A DNA stretch of 63,803 nucleotides, the filler included, from Cercozoa sp. M6MM (lineage: Eukaryota > Protista > Endomyxa: Ascetosporea), in NCBI GenBank assembly GCA_040357565.1. It is 7 parts of 7 records of this genome, joined end to end, with 100 filler letters (N's around TTAATTAATTAA, not from the genome) between each part and the next. Parts side by side here need not be neighbours in the genome. Positions count along the whole stretch, not along the records: positions 31,824 to 43,714 come from JBDODJ010000391.1; positions 43,815 to 52,436 come from JBDODJ010000520.1; 5 more parts are not named here. One strand, written 5' to 3'. Shown here in pieces: positions 35,313 through 44,877 of the stretch. The notes beneath the pieces are model-generated. The model did no database searches. It was not told where the DNA came from and saw only the letters and a list, made by a program, of their open reading frames with translations. Position numbers and translations under genes: made by a program. How positions within the stretch are numbered: position 1 is the stretch's first letter; the number at the start of each line of letters is the position of its first letter.

Positions 35313-36639
35313 CTCATTGTTTTGGTTTATCACAGCCGGACCAAGCGGAAGAACCCTTGAGTGAAATGGCCGACATGTCACACACTGATCGGCGTGCGCT
35401 CAAGTTCTTGCTGTCTCCAATTGTAATTTATAACACCCCTACTCTGTAATACTGTCTTACAGGTAGCTTACGCTGTGTGCGTGCGTTTGGGTAGAAATCA
35501 AAAGCGGACCAGGCCGGCATCGAAGCTGCGCAGTCGCATGCTCCTCTGGTACCTTGTGTCTATGCGCATTGCCTGGACTCTGCAGCAAGTGTGTTTGTGT
35601 GTGTGTATGTGTGTATGTGTGTGTATGTGCAGTGTGAACCCGTGGCAGCCGTGTGGCTTTTGCGACGAGTGCTCGAGCTTCGCTTGCGCTCACTGTGCGA
35701 CCTGTTGACTGCGCTTCGATCCTTGGCCGCCGAACGACTGGTATAGCTGTATGTATGTCCACACCTGCACCTCCGTGTATGGGTTTGCTTGTTGTGGCAG
35801 GCGACGTCAGGTGTCAGCCCCGTCAGTCCGACTGGCGATGGCGGCAGTGACGGGTACCCTCCTTCACTGCCCAATTAGGTGTGTATGTTTGTCGAGGCTA
35901 TGGACATATGAGTGCCTCGCAGAGAGGAAGAGCACTTGCTCAGACTGGATGCGAAAGAACATTCGGCATGCGACAAGTTACACTCGCTCGCAGGTGCTTG
36001 TTCATCCTGTCACAATTCTCATGTCTATTACTATAAGCAAGCACGTTCCCTTTTTCTGTTTTTGTAGTGAAGGAAGTTCTCGAGCTGGTGCGCACTCTGT
36101 GGAGATTTCCCGAGTACTCCACCCTGGAGCCGTATGCTTTCTCTTTTGTAGGGTCTATCTCTGTGCAACCTGATTGTTCTTCGTGTCATCTGTAGCGTGG
36201 TACACGCTGTGGAGCGTGCCAGACAGGCCGCCATTGTCAATGTACCTTTTGCATATATATATACATATATACTGTATTCAAGGAGGTATTATTCTGTGTC
36301 TGTGTCAGGACAAGCGAATGCCGACGGCAGCGCACATTCTTGAGATCATGCGACAGCAAGTCGGTACATAAGACATGCATTCATTTACGACATATAACAC
36401 TGTCTTTTCTGTGTCTGTGCACAGCCGACAACTACGAGGAGTTGAGGCGTCAACAACAAGGTGCCACTTCGCCAGAGGTGAGAATGATTCGTTTCAATGT
36501 CTTGGCTTTAGCAGAGAAGGAGAGTGCCAAGAAAAAATCGACGCGCAGTTCCAGCAGCATCGTCGCTGGCGAGGAAGCGCCCGCGCGACGCCGACTGACG
36601 GTTTTACGCACGCGATCCTCCGGGGGCTCCTTCTCTTGA
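32692..36639 (+). CDS. Multi-exon hypothetical protein with Pro/Ser-rich linker
   Basis: MNAELTLPSVITRFVDNELVPYL...GDFE|VLFDKYVREQLQKK, a Pro-rich exon at 33294-33509, many short GT-AG introns, last exon ...RSSGGSFS*. Could be more than one gene. Confidence 0.5.
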
Positions 36640-36794
36640 CCGTTACGTTCACTTTGTCTTCGCGTGGTGCCTTAGCCGACACCTGTTTTGATCGTATGTA
36701 TCGTATCTATCTTATCGTGCAAACAGACCTGAAATTCAACAAATCATATACGCCACCGACCTCGACGTATGCCATTAGTTCCATTGGATGCTCC

Positions 36795-36902
36795 CCTCCC
36801 CTAAGCGGACGGTGGGCTACGGCCATGCGCTTGCCACCCACCCAGCACTGGTGCAGGGGAACTACATAGTTGGTTTCTTCGTAGACTGAAATAACTAATT
36901 TT
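36795..36902 (+). repeat. Dispersed element, copy 1 (about 80% identical to copy 2 at 56121-56227, minus strand)
   Basis: Manual alignment of the 83-nt core gives 66/83 identities; shared CCTCCCCT...CAGGGGAACTAC[A/T]TAGTTGGTTTC. Confidence 0.85.
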
Positions 36903-37210
36903 CTATTATTTCCAGTTGGTTTCGTCGCGACCTGGCGTACGTTCTGCGTTACGCTGGCTGGCATGCGATGGCATACCTACCGACGCATCGCAACGCAACG
37001 TGAGTGGCCGGTCCATGCGATGTATGGCGTGGTAGACACGCCACGCAACTCGGAGAGATGTTAATTTACTTTTCGTTTCTTGATACCAACGTCATATGAG
37101 AAGTGGAAGCATCTCTACTCTCCACCGTACCGGCTAGTCTCGCTGGCAGTCTCTCATTACTACGGACCGACCCAAGTACAGCACTCGGCCTTCATTGAGC
37201 AAACGGGAAG

Positions 37211-38372
37211 ATGACACCGTTCGCTGTCTTCGCTCTCGTTGTCGCGGCAACACTGGCGTTTATCGCCTCAGCGCACGCAAGTCCCCCTGGCTTACAAAAG
37301 CACGTGCGTTTTCTTTTCTTATGGGGATTTCGATCAGTATTGATACGCAGAATATAGAATATTGAAATTTAGCAAGTTGAAGCCGTGCCAGACGGGTTTA
37401 TGGTGTCACTCTCCTGGGGCACGCGCGCTCTGGCGGTGAAAGACGCCAAAGTTGATCTGGCCTTCTCTCTGGGCCAAGCGCTCGACACAGACGGCTCTCC
37501 AGTGTATCCTCTCGTAGCTTCAATAGCACATCATCTTATAACAAATATACATTGAAACATGGAATGAGCTGCTTTGACAGACACAAACTGGGCGAGCAGA
37601 CAGTGGAGACCGAGGAAGGGGAGTCACGTGTGAGCTTCGTGATCAACAAGACAGCCCTGCGAGCGTGTCCGATGTCTCTCCTGTCTCTAGCCACGGCGAC
37701 AGTGGTGCCGCTACGTGTGCAAATGGGCGAAAAACTACCCGAGTTCACTGAGCTGTCTCACACCTTCCTCCTTACGGATTCACAACTCGTACACCTCAAG
37801 CGACTGCTGATGGTATTAAAGTAAATTTATACCTCGACACCTGTTTCTCACCAACGCTTTATGATCATTGCGTGTAGACCGATAAGCTCGTCACAACTGG
37901 CACAACGTTGCAAGCACGGCTGCAGAATCTCAACCGCAATGATCTGCTCAGATACATTTGCGTCGCTCGGGTATCGCCTTTACTTTTTGCGCTTTGTCTC
38001 ATTTTACCCGAGCCAGAGATACGACGGGATGTGCGCGCACTTTATTTGTAGAGATACATCGTCCCTCTGAGCATCGGATTTTTCTTGTTCCGCTTTGTGC
38101 TAAGTGTCGTATTTTCTCTTGTCATTAGCGCTGTCTGGACACTTCTGGGTACGACACTGGAAACACTTTTTAGTCGGTATGATCGTATGAGTGCGACACT
38201 CACTGTTGGCTCGATAGGCTCCCTCCTTCTGGGTGGGTTGATTGTCGTCACAACCTCTCAAAACCCACAGTGGTTCGGCGCACTGTGCCGTGTTGTGCCG
38301 GCTGCCGGTGCCTTTTTTCCGCCCCCCAACAGAGACCAAACTAAACCTATGTCGAGCTCAAACTTGAACTGA
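37211..38372 (+). CDS. Hypothetical membrane protein with signal peptide
   Basis: Signal-like N-terminus MTPFAVFALVVAATLAFIASAHA, GT-AG joined exons, two C-terminal hydrophobic segments. Stop TGA at 38370-38372. Confidence 0.6.
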
Positions 38373-38460
38373 ATCTGTCTTCGAGCTTTGGTTCTGTCGG
38401 TTTGCAATTTCAACGCTACTTAGCCTGTACTCTGTAAGTTTAAGTTTAGCATGATGGGTT

Positions 38461-38800
38461 CCGGTTTTACGTTGAATCTAAAATTCAATTTGAAGATGCG
38501 TCACTTTTAATCTGGCTGGTATCAAATGTAAACTGAGATCACCCTAATGCGCGCTGGCGACACGTTCAATGTGAACTGGCAGCACTTTTAAGTGCACTGA
38601 GAGCCATCGTAGGTGCCATTTACACAGTTTCAATGTGAATCCACGTCGCATTTATGTGAAGAAACCGTCATATTGATGTGACCTGAGAGCAATATTTTAA
38701 ATGCTTGGCACCCCATTTTGAAGTGAAACGAGCTTCTATTGCATGTGAAGCCAGCTCAAATCCAACATGGCGCGACGTCACTTTGAGCGGATGTGATCCC
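38461..38800. repeat. Degenerate ~21-bp tandem array (consensus approx. CAYWTTYAATGTGAACTGR)
   Basis: Units such as CACGTTCAATGTGAACTGGCAG, CACTTTTAAGTGCACTGAGAGC, CAGTTTCAATGTGAATCCACGT and CATATTGATGTGACCTGAGAGC recur every 19-23 nt. Confidence 0.65.
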
Positions 38801-38886
38801 AGTTCACAATGTCAGTTCAATTCCGTTCAGTTCCGGCGGGCTTCGCCGTAGCTTTTGACTTGACGGACTCAGCACATCAATGAACT

Positions 38887-41253
38887 CTAGCGAAGGAGAG
38901 AGTGTGCGTGTTTCCGAACGAGCTGCGCCAACTACCAGAACACGTCATCATTGAGACAGCGTGTAAAAGATAAGACTGAGTCGATAGATTTAACGCACGG
39001 AGTGGCGAAACTGTCCGCAATCGTCACTGCCTGGCAATTGCAGCGCACGTCGGAACAGCAGTGTTTTGATACGGCCATTCTACGTCAACAATCGGCAACA
39101 TTTTTAATTCAGAAACGGGCGTTGCGTTGTGACAAAGGCGGAACTGACCTGATCAAAAGCGCGGTTGATGTGTGTTCGAGCGACTGCGTTACCCACCGAA
39201 CTGCGACCCCAAATTATGTCATCTGACTCATTCAAAGCCACAGAGAGAAGAATACAAAGCATAGGCGTCATCGATCGGATGCACTCGCTCGTTTTCCAGG
39301 CGGAACTTGCCTCTGTCGAATAATAAATATAAATATAATATTAATTCCAGACTATTAAATTTATGTCCAAAGTGTCGATACCGTGTCTCAAAGTGCTGAC
39401 GATTAAACATTTTTGAAGTATTCACGTTGGCATCTGTCAAGCACAGGTAGAAGTATCTCGAACATCCAAAGCGGTCAGGTGTAAATTATTGTCAGTGCAC
39501 GCTCAAGTGCGTCCAGTGCGAGGCGTCGAACTGCGCGGTCCAGCACACGCACCAATGCTTGTTTCTGCCCAGTGTGTGTGTATGTATGTGTATGTAATTA
39601 TGCGTGTGTGTATGTATGTATGTGTATGTATATGTGTGTGTGCGTGTGTGTGAGTGTGTGCACCGTAAATCATATGTAAACAGCTACCTCAGGCTGACAG
39701 CATTCAGTGGAAGTAACAAGTCGCAGTGTATCACACGCAGTAGCCACCGCTTCATCTGGCAAGTCGTCCACCTGTTCAGACCCTCAATGTGAACATGCCA
39801 ATTTTAACACGAAAAGAGCAACACATGTTCGCCCATGTCGGTGTCGACTAGATCGGCAAGGTGCGTACACTTGAGCGAGAGATCTGTCCATTTGCAAAGT
39901 ATATCTGGATACAAACGCGAGCGAAAATCACCCATGATGTCGAATACCTTTGGCGCTGAACTGGGCAGTCTGCCATTCGGCGGCACTTTCAATCTTTGTT
40001 GCAAAACAAACACATATGCGACATACGCTATTTTTTGAAATGAAGGTTGGACTGGTTACGTCGCTCATGGCACCAGTCTCGATAGAGGTGCTCGCTTTGT
40101 CCTCTGCAGAGGCGCTTGACGCTAGAATTGGCGCAGCCGTCGCGGCAGCCTCAGCTTGCTTTTCAGGCAGCATGACGTACTCAGGTTCTTCTTGCTCTGA
40201 GTGCCCTTCCTCTTCGTACTCGTCTTCCTGGTCCATAGGTTCACCCTGTTGCTCTTCGTCGTCCTGCATCGGCACCTGCTCGTACTCCTCCTCTTGCTCT
40301 GCCTCTTCATCTTCCTCCTCCTCTTGCTCTTCGTCTTCATATTCCTCCTCCTCCTCTTCTTCCTCCTCCGCTTCTTCAGGTTGCTCTTGCTCTTGTTCGT
40401 ATGATTCATGACTACTTGAAGGCACTGGCGTTCCGGCGGCAGAATAGAACGACGCCTCTTCCTGTCAACACGCAAAATTAAAGCTCAGTGACTCCGAGTA
40501 CATTGGACTAACAGCGAGTGAGGCTGCACAGAAGCACAGCTTACAGCATCGTCGTTGACACGTTCAAGCTTCTCTGCCGTCGCCAGTTCGGAGTCAATCG
40601 ATTGTAACAACTCCACGACCTACAATGCATTCACAGTTGCATCGGCGCACAAAACACAGTGTATATTTACGTTGTGAAGAGTGCTTCGGAAGACGTCCGG
40701 TCGAGAGATCTGACAGTTTCCAAACCACTCTTTGCTCAGCTGGAACAATGTCAAGTAAGGAAGGTACCAGAATCGCGAGCACACGGCCGATGCGTGTGCG
40801 AAACTGCCGGTGCTGCTTGCAGGATCCAGAGATGCATTTAGTGCGATGAGTCGGTGGGTAGGAGTGGAGGTGGGATAACATACCATCGAAGTAGAGCGAC
40901 CAGCTCGCGCGCAAATGGATTGGCGATCGGAGAGCGAGGCAGACATCACAACATGATTCAGCACCCACAGAGCGGATTCACGAGCCATCGATGCTGCCAC
41001 TCTGTCCCATGCGCTCTTGGTGACGACGCTGTCCACAAAGTTCGGTATAGGGCGATAAATGTTGGTACGGACAGCAATGTACCGAAAAACCACGGTACCC
41101 TTTTTTGATGGAGGAGCGTCCTTTGGCGGCCAGGTTCAGTGCGTTCGACAGTTCACGAAGCCACTCGACCTCTTGGCGGACCGGCGCGGTGTGCCCTGTG
41201 ATGTCTTCATTTGGGCCAATGGCCAGCGCCGTTTGAAGTGATTCAGCCCGCAT
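38887..41253 (-). CDS. Multi-exon hypothetical protein with a long Glu-rich tract
   Basis: MRAESLQTALAIGP..., an acidic exon (EEEEEEEEYEDEEQEEEEDEE), and final exons FETR|GKFRLENE...RAFDQ|NGRIKTLL...|LAQLVRKHAHSLLR* joined by GT-AG introns. Confidence 0.55.
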
Positions 41254-41460
41254 CCGATAGGCGTGCAATCCTTCAGAATCGTTTTCAATTTTGGGAGCTA
41301 AGCTCAGGAGAACAACGCCTGCAGCAGCTCAAGACGTTCCCAAACGCAGAACGGTCAGAGATCAGTGACTTGGTGCCCGCTAGCACAGATCTCGGTTTTG
41401 GGCACTAAGTTGGCTTTCCTAACACCAATGCTCCCTGTTATGGCAGTTCACTCGTTGCAG

Positions 41461-42387
41461 AAATGAACTTCCGTGCTGGGGAATCACAAAAATCCGAGCC
41501 AGGCTGCAGTTGTCCAAAAATAATATTGACGATCGACTCAGATCCGAGTCGCGCAGACAAAGCACTGGCACAGGTGCATCAGCTGGCGTGTGTACAACTA
41601 TATAGCCACCTTTGAGGTGCAGCGAGCTACTGGACAGGATTTCTCTCTGTGCGAGCGGGAAATGTACCAGGTGCAGTCGGTGGCGCGTGGTGTTAACCGC
41701 TTCCCAGTGAGCGAGACGCGCAACCAGGACTGGGACAAGCTTGTGAAACGCCTGGTCAAGTGTGGTACATTTTCATTTACATATCTTTTTCGTATTCGCT
41801 GACCATATCCTTCCCCACTTTGCCAGTTGTTCTGTGCTTTTGTTTCTGTTTCGCATGCGTTTTCATTTGTACTCAACAGGCCGCAAGACTACAGTGGACA
41901 ATGCGTTCCGCGATGGCATGCGCGTCCTCAAGCAGAGCGAGTTGTGGGGCAGCCACTTCACTGATCCGTCGACGTCGTATGTCGGCCTTTTGCTGCTTTT
42001 TGCCAGTTCTTGTCGTGCGATGTCTTTTCTGCCAAAATGTTTCATTTCCCAATAGAACGGAAAACAAGTTCTGGCAAGATGTGCCTGCCATGTCACGCGG
42101 TACCGAATCTTAAAGGCAAATGACTGTGCTGTGCTGTTCATAAACATTATTTTTACAGAGGAAGCCGATGCCGAGTTGGACAAACTGCAGCAAGCCATTG
42201 ATCAGCGCTCGCAGCAGGTGCACTTGTTTAATTTGTTCTTGGGTGGTATACACTTGATACTTGTTCTTGGAAGTAGGTCGAGTCAGTGCCAGAGGCTCAC
42301 CGCACCTTTTACGAAACCGACGAGCTCGCGAGTATTCCATTCTTATCGCATCTCGTTGTTTTGCTGTCTGAGAGGGCTGTAACTTTC

Positions 42388-42430
<43 letters not shown>

Positions 42431-43100
42431 ATGTGTGTGTACAGCCATGCCGCCGGTGGCTCAGATTCAGCACATGGTCGAAATGTGCGAGTCGCCCTTT
42501 GAGCTGAAGCCTTACTCTTTCGGTATGCGGCCTGACCGGGCGTAAATTTTCGTGCTCTCCACCTTCGTGTGAAATGTTTGTACGCGCAGGTTCGACACGC
42601 TTCAAGGTGCCCGTGCCGATTTCGCCGATGCGACAGCGATCAGTGGTAGCCAAAATCTCCTGAGGTTGACCGAAACGAAAGCACTGGTATGCGCGCTGTG
42701 TAGGCCACCAAGATCTTCCGAAAAGAGACGCGAAAGTGGCTGCACATGCCCAACACGGTGGCCAAGCACTTGCAGGTACACGACCGACCACCCGAAGAAG
42801 CTCAGGGGACATTCAATATCTCGTGTCTGTGCAGGTGTTGCGCGACGCCCCCGATTACTCACCCATGTACACGTGGAAGATGGTGGCTACCAAGGTACGT
42901 GCATGGCTACGTAGGGCATTTGACTAACTCACTTCCTCTCTCCGTGTGCAGGAGGCGCTATCGCACCGTGGCAATGCTCAGTTCCGATACATGGTACTAC
43001 CTGGTTGATGATCTCTGCCTGAGTGTGCGACGCATATGAGGGTGTTGTGCAGGTGACCAAGAACAAGAAGGCCAAGACCAAGAAGTCGCGTGGTCGCTAA
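41461..43100 (+). CDS. MRPS7: Nuclear-encoded mitochondrial ribosomal protein uS7m (start uncertain)
   Basis: WDKLVKRLVKC|GRKTTVDNAFRDGMRVLK, ESPFELKPYSF|GSTRFKVPVPISPMRQRSV|ATKIF and K|EALSHRGNAQFRY correspond to the uS7 motifs GKK, PxxE...GxxYQVP and AxANRAFAHYR. Confidence 0.75.
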
Positions 43101-43318
43101 TTCGCGTACATTTGCTTGGGCCCGATCGCGACTCAGTCACTCATTCGTCGCGTGGGGTTTCGAATTTGGTCCACCCGAATCAATATCCGACTCTGCGATC
43201 ATCGCGTCGTATCGCGCGGCATTCAATTTACATTTTCGTTTTTCTACGCAACGCCGCCCGGTTCTCCGGCTTGCGGAACCCGCGATATATATATATATAT
43301 ATTATGCCGTATGCGATC

Positions 43319-43478
43319 GAATGTAGCAGTTCATCGATCGAATGAATGGTTCTGTCAGTACAACGCAAAATCAGCCAACCAACCCGCGACCACAACCGGT
43401 TCTCGAGGGCAGGGAGCGCAGTGAGTGAACCATTCATCGTGCGAAGCTTAATTCCGATCGATGCGGCTTGCTACATTC
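43319..43478. repeat. Long interrupted inverted repeat
   Basis: Three perfectly complementary blocks: GAATGTAGCA/TGCTACATTC, CATCGATCG/CGATCGATG and ATGAATGGTTC/GAACCATTCAT. Confidence 0.8.
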
Positions 43479-43612
43479 ACATCAAGGAAGAGAGGCCGTC
43501 CTGCTGCTGTAGCAGCTCGTAGACGAGCTCGCGCTGTTCACTCGAGCCGCCTATGACGCTGACAGCTGCGAGATCGAACGTCTCATCACATGCAATATCG
43601 GCAAACTGCCCA
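43477..43612 (-). CDS. Last exon of a hypothetical gene
   Basis: After a (GT)n intron: FADIACDETFDLAAVSVIGGSSEQRELVYELLQQQDGLSSLM*. May be the end of the gene at 43815-44560. Confidence 0.5.
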
Positions 43613-43627
43613 TCACACACACACATA

Positions 43628-43707
<80 letters not shown>

Positions 43708-43814
43708 ACACACANNNNNNNNNNNNNNNNNNNNNNNNNNNNNNNNNNNNNNNNNNNNTTAATTAATTAANNNNNNNNNNNNNNNNNNNNNNNNNNNNNN
43801 NNNNNNNNNNNNNN

Positions 43815-44560
43815 CCCCCCCCCATCTGGTTAAGAGTCAGCATAAACCTTCTGGAGGCGGGGCGAGTTGCCGGCAATAGAAATGAAACGGGAAAGTGTGC
43901 GGCACAAACATCCAACTGGACGCACACAGAGCCATTTTGCGTACAGACAGATGGAAAAAACAAGGTACAAGAAGGAGATGCGCTTCATCAACTCGACGCG
44001 CCGGTCGAGCTTCTGCTCGTGGAATGGCACCGTGCGCGAGGTGAGTGCTGCCGCAAAGTACATACACGTGCGCAAGAAAGAAACATCAACAATTGAGCAA
44101 AGACAGAGGCGTGGTACCCAACTGATGCGCCTGCCGCATCGTTAGAGAGGAGCGCGCCAGTTCGGCGTACTCGCGAGAGATCGCGCTTTGCTTGCGCTGC
44201 GAGAGACTCTCGGCGCACGGCACGTCCAGTCGCTGAAAAGAAGACACGTGCACACCAGTGCTGCTAGGTGTCTGTTGTGTGTATGTGTACGCTCTCATCC
44301 ACATCGTCAGGGATCGAGTCTGTGTCGGTGCTGCTGGCATCAATGTCGTTGAGCTCGTTCCACTCGCGATGCCACTCGAACAACTCGTCTACATGCGTGT
44401 GTCGGTTTTGCATATCGGTTTTGCATACAGATTAGATTTTGTACGCTAACGATACCCTGTGTAAGCACGCGGAAGCCCTTCTTTGCGAAGTAATCAGCGA
44501 CCACTTGCCCTTGCCACTGCGTCGTGTGGACTGATCAAATCCCCAATTCATTATTCATGA
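43815..44560 (-). CDS. Hypothetical gene, 5' part
   Basis: Exons WQGQVVADYFAKKGFRVLTQ|DELFEWHREWNELND..., RLDVPCAESLSQRKQ... and LTSRTVPFHEQKLDRRVELMKR with GT-AG introns. Confidence 0.45.
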
Positions 44561-44877
44561 TTGCGCGTGAACCACAGTCGAGATCAGAGCCTAAACGCAC
44601 CGCGTACGGTGTTTCGCCACAGTTTTGATTGTTCGGGCGCCTTCGCGCTGCGATCGGTGTCCATTGGACCACAGAAAAAACGTCTTCCGTCCGCGCACAA
44701 TCCCGCAGTAATCGCAGTAACGCGGGAAGGTGCCACGCGTGGATACAGTTGCGCAGGCTCTCGGTTACGCGTGGAGCGCCGGGTGAGCAAAGAAATATCG
44801 CAGAAAGATCTGTAGATCAGAATCCGATTTTAGAGTTTTTATCCCCGTGAACAGACTGCGTGTGTATACACCTCAAA

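Noticed and set aside
38887-41253. Transposase next to the 21-bp array
   Set aside because: No DDE, tyrosine-recombinase, RT or HUH motifs recognised in the spliced translation, and no terminal repeats seen.
43319-43478. SECIS element after a TGA
   Set aside because: The ATGA is Watson-Crick paired in the stem rather than forming tandem GA pairs, there is no apical AA at the expected distance, and the hairpin overlaps the stop.
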